Program-made: the position numbers and the translations under genes
In this document: in pieces, positions 8,861 through 16,181 of the stretch
Layout: the number at the start of each line of letters is the position of its first letter
Position numbering within the stretch: the first letter of the stretch is position 1
Notes under the pieces: model-generated
Databases searched by the model: none
Told to the model about the DNA's origin: nothing
Seen by the model: the letters and a program-made list of their open reading frames with translations, nothing else
DNA from: an uncultured Chlamydiae bacterium
GTDB lineage: Bacteria; Chlamydiota; Chlamydiia; Chlamydiales; SM23-39
Direction: 5' to 3'
Assembly: GCA_903889795.1 (NCBI GenBank)
Contig: CAISYW010000202.1
Span: forward strand, 1 to 35,623
DNA: 35,623 bases

Positions 8861-9736
8861 CTAACTTTTTTTGCTATCTGCCGCTTTAATAGATTTGATG
8901 ATGTTCTCAATTAAATTGTTTAAATTTTTGTCATTATAAAAAACGCAATTACATGGAATTTTTAGATTTTCTGCGTAACAGTCAGGTTTGTTATTTCCAA
9001 ATGCAATAATTACTTTTTCTTTGTCATTTAATATTTTTTTAGTTTGCATAAATGCAAATGGCCCTGTGTTTCTTGCTAAAATAAATTTGCATTTTTCAGC
9101 TAGCCAACTGATTTCATTTAAATCACAATCATTAGTCTTGATTATTTCAGATGTATTAACAATGTTTTTTGCTGTTACACGAGAATAAGAGGTTAAAATA
9201 ATTCTTATATTTGGAAATTCATTTGTTATTGCAGAAACGATCGGATCTAAATTATCTCCTAAGTTTGTTTGACCTGAATGAACAGGACCGTTAACAAAAA
9301 TTATAGAATTTAAGTAATCAACTGGATAATTTGTAGGAATATCGAAAAATTTATAGTCAATTTCAGGTATGTAATACTCAGGATCTTTTAAAATTAGTTT
9401 TTTTTTGGTTATGCTTTCAAGGAATTTATATATTAAGGAAAATAGCCGATGATATTCCGTAAGGTACATTCCTGATCTATTTGGAAGATTTGCAATCCAT
9501 GTATTAATGAAAATGTTATTATTATCAATGTGATGAGTTATTCTCGGCTGCAAAATTTTATCAAATTCGACTAATGGTAAGTATTTAGCTGGCAAATCTA
9601 ACAACAATTTTGGGCCGTGATGATGCATCAAGCTATAATTAAATTCAGGAATTTGATCAATTATATCTTTTATAAACCATTTAGATTGAAATTGATCGCC
9701 TTTGTGCCAGTTATTGAAAAAAGTTATATTATACAT
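8861..9736 (-). CDS. Hypothetical protein, possible GDP-sugar (fucosyltransferase-like) glycosyltransferase
   Basis: 291-aa Asn/Ile/Lys-rich ORF. Its ATG directly abuts the TAA of the upstream methyltransferase gene. Weak motif resemblance to GT11-type motifs (HKGDQFQ near the N-terminus; DLNEISWLAEKCKFILARNTGPFAF near the C-terminus). Confidence 0.6.
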   Translation of the reverse strand: MYNITFFNNWHKGDQFQSKWFIKDIIDQIPEFNYSLMHHHGPKLLLDLPAKYLPLVEFDKILQPRITHHIDNNNIFINTWIANLPNRSGMYLTEYHRLFSLIYKFLESITKKKLILKDPEYYIPEIDYKFFDIPTNYPVDYLNSIIFVNGPVHSGQTNLGDNLDPIVSAITNEFPNIRIILTSYSRVTAKNIVNTSEIIKTNDCDLNEISWLAEKCKFILARNTGPFAFMQTKKILNDKEKVIIAFGNNKPDCYAENLKIPCNCVFYNDKNLNNLIENIIKSIKAADSKKS

Positions 9737-10957
9737 TTAAATACTTATTATTTCAAAATTTGGACAGGGAACTATAAATTTTCCACCGTTGCGCAAATAT
9801 TCCTGTTCGCGCTCAATAAATTCATTAATAAAATGCCAGGGCAGAACTAATAAGTAATCCGGCTTTGCTTTGCGCATATCTTCTTCAGAATAGATGGGAA
9901 TATTTGTGCCAACAGTTTTTAAACCGTACTTATATGGACTTCTTTCAGCAATTCCTTCAATCAGAGTATGGTCAAGATTGAAATACTGCAATAACGTATT
10001 TCCTTTTGTTGATGCTCCATAACCCCAGATTTTTTTACCTTTTTGCTTTTCGTTATAAATAAAATCGTAGGTCTGTTTCTTTAATTTTTGAAGTTTTTCA
10101 TAAAAAGCAGCCCAAATCTCAGGGGTGTTATAATTATTGGTTTTTTCATATGCCAATATTGAATTAACCCTAAAACTACAAACGTCGCGGTTTGGCTGAG
10201 TGCTAAACTTTTTAAGATTTCCTGAGTCCTTCATCGCATATACTCTAAATGACCCGCCATTAATGTCGTTTAGTTGGCAATCTACGATTTTAAATTTGTT
10301 CTTTTCAAAAAGATTTTTTATTGATGTTAATGTATAGTAGTAAATGTGTTCGTGACAAATATTATCAAAAGCCATCTGATCAATCATCAGAGGTGAGTAA
10401 CTCATCTGAACAACCATTAACCCATCATTTTCCATGACGCTATAAACATCAGAAAGAAATTTTGAGGGATCTTCCAAGTCATAGAACATGGCAATAACAG
10501 TGACTATTTTTGCCTTCCGCGCTCCTTGTTCTGATTTTTTATATGCATCTGCAGAAAAATAATCTTGAATAATTAGATCTGCATGGCAACGTGATTCTTT
10601 GACATAACTATCCTCAACGGGATCGACTCCAATGCGAATACAATCCTTTGGCACAAAGCTAAGAAGAGTTCCGTCATTGCAGGCGATGTCGAGCCATACA
10701 TCCTTCCTTTCTAATTTGATCAAACTGCAAACTGAATTAACAATGCTTTTCAATTCAGTGCGCATTGTTTGATTAATTCCTGATCGATACCAGTACTTGC
10801 CATACATTGCATCTTTCGGGGCGGCTTTTTCAAGCCTCACTTCTGATGTTGCTTCATCAAACATCATTTTCATTTCGACTTTTCCGCATCGGGGAAATTC
10901 ATTAACATGAAGAAAATCGGAAACATATAGTTTTCCCAATGAAAAAAATTCTTTCAT
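9737..10957 (-). CDS. SAM-dependent NDP-hexose C-methyltransferase family protein (TylC3/NovU-like)
   Basis: SAM-binding block LDIACNDGTLL, YWYRSGINQTM, and C-terminal HEHIYYYT ... INGGSFRVYA blocks characteristic of this family. The N-terminal Cys4 zinc ribbon of the family appears to be lost. Confidence 0.7.
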   Translation of the reverse strand: MKEFFSLGKLYVSDFLHVNEFPRCGKVEMKMMFDEATSEVRLEKAAPKDAMYGKYWYRSGINQTMRTELKSIVNSVCSLIKLERKDVWLDIACNDGTLLSFVPKDCIRIGVDPVEDSYVKESRCHADLIIQDYFSADAYKKSEQGARKAKIVTVIAMFYDLEDPSKFLSDVYSVMENDGLMVVQMSYSPLMIDQMAFDNICHEHIYYYTLTSIKNLFEKNKFKIVDCQLNDINGGSFRVYAMKDSGNLKKFSTQPNRDVCSFRVNSILAYEKTNNYNTPEIWAAFYEKLQKLKKQTYDFIYNEKQKGKKIWGYGASTKGNTLLQYFNLDHTLIEGIAERSPYKYGLKTVGTNIPIYSEEDMRKAKPDYLLVLPWHFINEFIEREQEYLRNGGKFIVPCPNFEIISI

Positions 10958-11004
10958 ATTTTTCCTTTTATTATTTCTGATATTGTTTGTTGTGTATTAT
11001 TTAA

Positions 11005-11259
11005 CTAATTTTTTCCGTATAGTTTAGTTTTTCCTTGCTTGTATAGTTTTTGCGGTTGTTTTGTAATTATAATATTATTTATTAGTTCGTCAATTTCTTG
11101 AATGAGGTCATTCCTCTGTTGGTTACATATATTAGTTAGTCTGGTTGCTTGAGCTAACTGGGCGTCAGTGGCGGCAGGTTCTCTTTTAATGTCTTCAGCC
11201 ATCCAAATTCTTATATTTACCACAGTTAGTTTGTCGATAAGATTAGCTATTGTTTCCAT
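11005..11259 (-). CDS. Small hypothetical helical protein
   Basis: ATG at 11259 (the track ORF starts at TTG 11280). It overlaps the last 17 nt of gmd and has the same AT-rich composition, sitting inside a tightly packed operon. Motif L-x3-N-x3-W-x2-ED-x2-R (LTVVNIRIWMAEDIKR). Confidence 0.45.
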   Translation of the reverse strand: METIANLIDKLTVVNIRIWMAEDIKREPAATDAQLAQATRLTNICNQQRNDLIQEIDELINNIIITKQPQKLYKQGKTKLYGKN

Positions 11260-12277
11260 GGGTACTCTTCTTTTTTTCAAAATTACACATATCTATTATT
11301 AGTTCATCGAATGAAATTCTTGGTTTCCATCCAAGGACATGTTCAGCGCGTGAACAATTTGCTGATAAGAATCTCATTTCCAATGGCCTAAATAATTCCG
11401 ATGAAATTTTTATTATTACATTCCCCGTTTCTTTGTTTAAGCCCACTTCATTAATTTCTTCACCTTGCCACTCAAGATCAATTCCATATATTTTACAGCA
11501 TTTCTCAGCAAATTCTCTTACCGTGTGTTGAGCGCCTGTAGCGATTACGTAATCATCTGCACTATTTTGTTGGAGCATTAACCACATGGCCTCAACAAAG
11601 TCGATTGCATGCCCCCAGTCTCTTTTTGCATTTAAATTTCCTAGAACCAGTTCGCTCTCTTTATTTATAGAAATATTATATAAAGTGTTTGTTATCTTTT
11701 TTGTTACAAACTCGAGTCTGCGTCTCGGAGATTCGTGATTAAATAAAATTCCATTAACTGCATATATTCCATATTTTTCCCTATAGGTTCTTGTCATCCA
11801 ATATGCGTATACTTTTGCACAACCATAGGGGCTGAGAGGGTGAAAGGGGGTCGTTTCACTCTGAGGAATTTCTTGTGCATGACCAAACATTTCTGCTGAC
11901 CCGGCCTGATAAAATTTAATATCTTTCATTTTATTGAGAATTTTAATGGATTCTAGGATTCGTATAGGTCCAAATGCTAGGGTATTAGAGATCTCTTCGG
12001 GCTCTATAAAAGATACTTGAGCATCGCTTTCAGCGGCTAGGTTATAAATTTCCTGCGGATTTATATCGTGAATTAAATCAGTAATGTCAGTTGTTCTGTT
12101 TAAGTTGCCGCAATGAAGCTGAAAATTGTTATTGTTAATAATGTCTTGTAACCAAATTGTTTTTTGAGTATTTAGGCTTCTTATTAGTCCGTGAACTTCA
12201 TATCCTTTATTTAATAATAATTCAGCAAGGTAGGAACCATCCTGCCCTCCGACGCCAGTTATAAAAGCTCTTTTCAT
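11243..12277 (-). CDS. gmd: GDP-mannose 4,6-dehydratase
   Basis: ITGVGGQDGSYLAELLLNKGYEVHG, GSAEMFG, SPYGCAKVYAYW..YRE and ILFNHESPRR blocks are GMD hallmarks (Ser/Glu and Tyr-x3-Lys). Confidence 0.85.
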   Translation of the reverse strand: MKRAFITGVGGQDGSYLAELLLNKGYEVHGLIRSLNTQKTIWLQDIINNNNFQLHCGNLNRTTDITDLIHDINPQEIYNLAAESDAQVSFIEPEEISNTLAFGPIRILESIKILNKMKDIKFYQAGSAEMFGHAQEIPQSETTPFHPLSPYGCAKVYAYWMTRTYREKYGIYAVNGILFNHESPRRRLEFVTKKITNTLYNISINKESELVLGNLNAKRDWGHAIDFVEAMWLMLQQNSADDYVIATGAQHTVREFAEKCCKIYGIDLEWQGEEINEVGLNKETGNVIIKISSELFRPLEMRFLSANCSRAEHVLGWKPRISFDELIIDMCNFEKKKSTHGNNS

Positions 12278-12481
12278 ATAATGCTTTTTTTAATTTATGT
12301 TCAGGATCAGACGTTTGGTTGACAATATTTATTCGTAAGTATTTATCAGTTTCAAGCAATCAAACTATGCTGTTTTCTTATATAACTTCTTTTTAAAATA
12401 AATTTGCAAGTTTATTAGTATTTTTTAGAAACAATTCGATAATTTTTTCTGAGATTGAGTCGTCTTGGAAATATAGGAATA

Positions 12482-12583
12482 ATCGTCAATAGAGGTTGAC
12501 GATATACTGGGCGCGGGTGGGTTCTTAACTTTGAGGTGCAAAAGATGCCGATTAAAAAGTTAAAGACCTATCCGCGCTCAGTA
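12482..12583 (-). terminator. Two hairpins downstream of clpX (candidate terminator / island boundary structure)
   Basis: Long imperfect hairpin at 12505-12583 (arms TACTGGGCGCGG/CCGCGCTCAGTA plus inner CTTAACTTT/AAAGTTAAAG). It is followed on the - strand by ATCGTCAA-6nt-TTGACGAT (12482-12503). Only a weak U-tract. Confidence 0.35.
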
Positions 12584-12623
12584 TAGAAGATTAATAAAGC
12601 AAAGCAAGTTTCCCAGCATCGCC

Positions 12624-13853
12624 CTAAGGCTTCATATCTCGAATGATGCGAGGAGGTCGATTGTCAACGAAGCACTCTTTGTCGACCATGATTTCTCGAA
12701 TCGTCGGATCAGAGGGAACTTCAAACATCAAGTCGCGAAGCATATTTTCAGCGATCATGCGCAAGGCCCGGGCGCCAGTGCCCGTTTGTCTGGCTTTTTC
12801 AGCCATGGCAATGAGAGCTGTTTCGGAAAACTCTAACTTGACGTTTTCTTCTTGAAAAAGCGCTTGATATTGTTTGATGATTGCATTTTTAGGTTTGGTA
12901 AGAATGTTGACCAAATCTTCAACGGTTAGTTCGTTACAATTGGCCAAACTGTTAAAGCGCCCAACAAATTCGGGAATCATCCCAAATTGGATCAAATCTT
13001 CAGGCTCGACTTTCGAAAGAAGGTAGTTGGTTTCCTCTGCATCGAAACGGCGCTTGGTGGCGGCGTCAAATCCAATGGTGCTCTTCCCTAAGCGTTTGGC
13101 AACAATTTTATCGAGGTGATTAAAGGCGCCTCCCACAATAAACAAAATGTTTTGCGTATTGACCCGGATATATTCCTGGTTGGGATGTTTGCGGCCGCCT
13201 TTGGGTGGAACATTTGCTACGGTTCCTTCTACAATCTTGAGGAGAGCTTGCTGAACGCCCTCTCCGGAGACATCTCGGGTGATTGATACGTTCGAAGTGG
13301 TCTTGCGTATTTTGTCGATTTCATCGACATAAATGATCCCTTGCTCGGCTTTGCCAACATCATAATCAGCCGCTTGCAAGAGACGCAAAATGATGTTTTC
13401 TACGTCTTCGCCGACATAACCGGCCTCGGTGAGCGTTGTCGCATCGGAAATCGCAAAGGGGACATCCAAAATCATCGCTAAGGTACGGGCGAGTAGCGTT
13501 TTTCCGGAACCGGTGGGACCCATTAGCATTACATTGGATTTACTATATTCGACGCTGTTCTGCCGGGATAGTGAGCGAATTCTCTTATAATGATTGTAGA
13601 CAGCGACAGAGATTGTTTTTTTCGCAAGATCCTGACCGATTACGTATTCATCGAGATGAGCTTTAATTTCTTTTGGTTTAAGAAGCTTAATCTCATAGGT
13701 TACGGGTTTTTTTTTGATGATGTCCGCGCAAAGCGTTACGCATTTGTCGCAGATATGGACGTTGGGTCCCGAAATGAGTTTCTCAACAAGATCTTCTGTC
13801 CGTCCGCAAAATGAACAGCTTGTCGGAGCTTCGTTCGATGGTTTTTTTCCCAT
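12624..13853 (-). CDS. clpX: ATP-dependent Clp protease ATP-binding subunit ClpX
   Basis: N-terminal C4 zinc finger (CSFCG...CDKC), Walker [12 protein letters not shown], Walker [10 protein letters not shown], pore loop GYVG, IGF docking loop, GARALR sensor. Confidence 0.95.
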   Translation of the reverse strand: MGKKPSNEAPTSCSFCGRTEDLVEKLISGPNVHICDKCVTLCADIIKKKPVTYEIKLLKPKEIKAHLDEYVIGQDLAKKTISVAVYNHYKRIRSLSRQNSVEYSKSNVMLMGPTGSGKTLLARTLAMILDVPFAISDATTLTEAGYVGEDVENIILRLLQAADYDVGKAEQGIIYVDEIDKIRKTTSNVSITRDVSGEGVQQALLKIVEGTVANVPPKGGRKHPNQEYIRVNTQNILFIVGGAFNHLDKIVAKRLGKSTIGFDAATKRRFDAEETNYLLSKVEPEDLIQFGMIPEFVGRFNSLANCNELTVEDLVNILTKPKNAIIKQYQALFQEENVKLEFSETALIAMAEKARQTGTGARALRMIAENMLRDLMFEVPSDPTIREIMVDKECFVDNRPPRIIRDMKP

Positions 13854-13858
13854 AGACC

Positions 13859-14491
13859 CTAAACTGTAGTATTAATGACTTGGTTTTTAGTCAAGGGATC
13901 AGATCCCTTTTCCGGCGGTCGCGCGATATGATCGACCAACCCGTATTGAAGTGCGGCTTCAGGATCCATGTAAAAATCACGCTCTGAATCTTCAATCACT
14001 TTCTCAATACTTTGTCCTGTAAAGCGCGAAATCAGGGAGGAGGTGATTTTTTTCAAATTCAAAATTTCGCGTGCTTGCAATGCAATGTCTTCCGATGTGC
14101 CCATAATGCCGCCGTATGGCTGATGAAGCATGATGCGGCTATGAGGCAAAGCAAAGCGCTTGCCTTTAGATCCGGCAGCCAGAAGCATTGCAGCCATGGC
14201 AACGGCTTGGCCGATGCAATAGGTGTTAATGTCGCAACCCAAAAAAAGCATCGTGTCGACAATTGCAAGCCCCGACGTGATATGGCCGCCTGATGAGTTG
14301 ATGTAGAGATTAATGTCTTTTTTGGGATCTTCCATCTTTAAAAAAAGAAGCTGCGCTACGACGACGTTCGCGACGGAGTCGCTAATGTCGGTTCCAATAA
14401 AAATAATACGATCTTTTAGAAGGCGCGAATAGATATCCATAGAGCGTTCGCCACGCCCTGTATCTTCGATTACGTATGGAGTTAAAGACAT
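13859..14491 (-). CDS. clpP: ClpP-family protease subunit with the catalytic Ser replaced by Ala
   Basis: Collinear, gap-free match to E. coli ClpP through YINSPGG...GQAASMG...MIHQP...ERD. Here the blocks read YINSSGG...GQAVAMA...MLHQP...ERD, so His and Asp are present but the nucleophile position is Ala98 (GCC, 14198-14200). Confidence 0.9.
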   Translation of the reverse strand: MSLTPYVIEDTGRGERSMDIYSRLLKDRIIFIGTDISDSVANVVVAQLLFLKMEDPKKDINLYINSSGGHITSGLAIVDTMLFLGCDINTYCIGQAVAMAAMLLAAGSKGKRFALPHSRIMLHQPYGGIMGTSEDIALQAREILNLKKITSSLISRFTGQSIEKVIEDSERDFYMDPEAALQYGLVDHIARPPEKGSDPLTKNQVINTTV

Positions 14492-14549
14492 GTAAAAACC
14501 TCCGGTCTATTAAACTGGGATCCAATTATTAACTTATACCCGACTTTGT

Positions 14550-15902
14550 CTATTTTTGACCTTCGATTTCATTAGCAGGGCTGTTTTCGTCAGGAGCCGG
14601 CGCGGGGGGCGTGCCGTTTTCAAGGATATAATTTTGCGCTTTGGCTAAAAGAATTTTCGACAAAGCGAGCGCAAAAACCTCTTTTGAGAGGTGCTCGGGA
14701 TCGACTGTTTGTCCAAATGCATTTGCAGAACGAGCGGCTTCTTGCTGCACTTCTTCGTGTGTTACGGTGATTTTAGCGTCGCGCACGATCTGCCGGGTCA
14801 GATAAAACAGACGAACCGCTTGCACCGATTCATTATAAATATTTTCCTCAACCTTTTTTTTCTCTGCTTGAGACATGCGATCATACGGCTCTTTAAATTT
14901 TGGATTCGTATGAAGTTGTTTCATTCGATGATTTTTTTCTGTCTCAATAAGCGATAGGGGAAGTTCAAACGTATAGCGGTCGATGAGAAATTCATTGACT
15001 TGATCATTTAGCTTCGTTTGTATTTTTTCTTCGATGTTGCGTGCAAGCGCTGAACGGACGGCCTCGCGCATCGCAGGAATGTCTTTTACTCCCATTTTAT
15101 GGGCGAAATCCTCCATTTCGGGAAGAGTGGGTTCCTCGACCTGGTGGAGGGTTAAACGTATTTTCTTTGGCTTGAACTCTGCTTTTTCTTGTTCATTGGC
15201 ATCTGCGTCGGGTTCGCTGACTCCCTCTAAAATGTCGCCCGATTTCGCTCCGATGACGAGTTGTTTCATCCAATCGGCCATTCGCTCTTTCATCACCTGA
15301 AAGCGAACATGATCGAATACTTTTTGCGGTTCATCTTCGATCGTATGTAAATCGATCATGATATAATCGCCTTCCTGTACGCCTCGGTCGGTAATGGGAC
15401 GCCACTGAGCAAAATAAAATCGGGATTGATGGATTGCTTCATCAATCTGTTTCTCACTCACTTCATCTCTCTTTACGAGTTTGGCCTGGAATTGCTTGGG
15501 ATCGACTGTCGGGACTTCCGGTTCCGTATCGAAAGAGAAGATTAACTCCGCACCCTCTTCGAGGGAATGTTTTTTGAGATCAAACGTCACGGGTGTGTGT
15601 GGCAGCAAGGCGACTCGTACCTGCATTTGGGCCGCGTTAAATGCCGCATCGGCAATTGATTTATGCCATTCGCTTTCGATCGCTGAACCATATTTTTTTA
15701 CGACCACCTCTTCCGGCGCATGCCCTTTGCGAAAACCGGGAAACGTGACCTCTTTGCCGATCTTTTTGATCGCTTCTTTACGTGCCGCCAAAACAAGAGC
15801 GGGGGATGCCTTGACTTCGAGTTCGATATGGCAGGCCGGCTTTCGATGAACGATGGCGGTGACGCTCGTTTGCTGTTCTTCGCGTGTTAGTTGTTCTGAC
15901 AT
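14550..15902 (-). CDS. tig: Trigger factor
   Basis: 450 aa, with an N-terminal ribosome-binding block FPGFRKGHAP and FKBP-like middle and C-terminal domains. Position upstream of clpP-clpX is conserved in many bacteria. Confidence 0.9.
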   Translation of the reverse strand: MSEQLTREEQQTSVTAIVHRKPACHIELEVKASPALVLAARKEAIKKIGKEVTFPGFRKGHAPEEVVVKKYGSAIESEWHKSIADAAFNAAQMQVRVALLPHTPVTFDLKKHSLEEGAELIFSFDTEPEVPTVDPKQFQAKLVKRDEVSEKQIDEAIHQSRFYFAQWRPITDRGVQEGDYIMIDLHTIEDEPQKVFDHVRFQVMKERMADWMKQLVIGAKSGDILEGVSEPDADANEQEKAEFKPKKIRLTLHQVEEPTLPEMEDFAHKMGVKDIPAMREAVRSALARNIEEKIQTKLNDQVNEFLIDRYTFELPLSLIETEKNHRMKQLHTNPKFKEPYDRMSQAEKKKVEENIYNESVQAVRLFYLTRQIVRDAKITVTHEEVQQEAARSANAFGQTVDPEHLSKEVFALALSKILLAKAQNYILENGTPPAPAPDENSPANEIEGQK

Positions 15903-15947
15903 GTCGAAACCTCTCTTTGGCTGACGGATCCAGATATATATAAAGAT

Positions 15948-16019
15948 AGCGGGTGATGAGGCTCGAACTCACGACCCTCACGTTGGCAACGTGATGCTCT
16001 ACCACTGAGCTACACCCGC
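15948..16019 (-). tRNA. tRNA-Gly (anticodon GCC)
   Basis: The reverse complement folds as acceptor GCGGGTG/CACCCGC, D arm GCTC-AGTGGTA-GAGC, anticodon stem TCACG/CGTGA with loop TTGCCAA, T arm GTGAG-TTCGAGC-CTCAT. Confidence 0.9.
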
Positions 16020-16181
16020 AATTAGCGTATATTCTTCTTCAAAGGAAAGAATGTTAGGGTATCGGATTTTTATGATCAAGGATAGTCCGCAGAATTCTTC
16101 AGTAAAATTTTTTTTTGGTTGCAGGACTATTAAAAAATATGTAAAACGCATTCTTTGGCGTTCTCGACCTTGGAGAAAGGC

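Larger units (their letters stand above)
7431..12504. mobile_element. AT-rich genomic island inserted immediately 3' of tRNA-Lys (glycan-modification cargo, IS scar)
   Basis: Abrupt composition change, from hand counts of 60-nt lines. G+C is 7/60 at 7501-7560, 12/60 at 9001-9060 and 15/60 at 12121-12180, against 30/60 at 13201-13260 (clpX). The island starts at the tRNA-Lys 3' end and contains a transposase remnant. It interrupts otherwise conserved housekeeping blocks. Confidence 0.6.

Noticed and set aside
12351-12366. Possible attR direct repeat of the tRNA-Lys 3' end (CAAGCAATCAAACT versus CAACAAGTCTCAACT)
   Set aside because: Identity is only about 11/15 with a gap, in very AT-rich sequence. 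The match is not at the compositional boundary, so it is indistinguishable from chance. An inverted-orientation match near 12455 has the wrong orientation for an att site.
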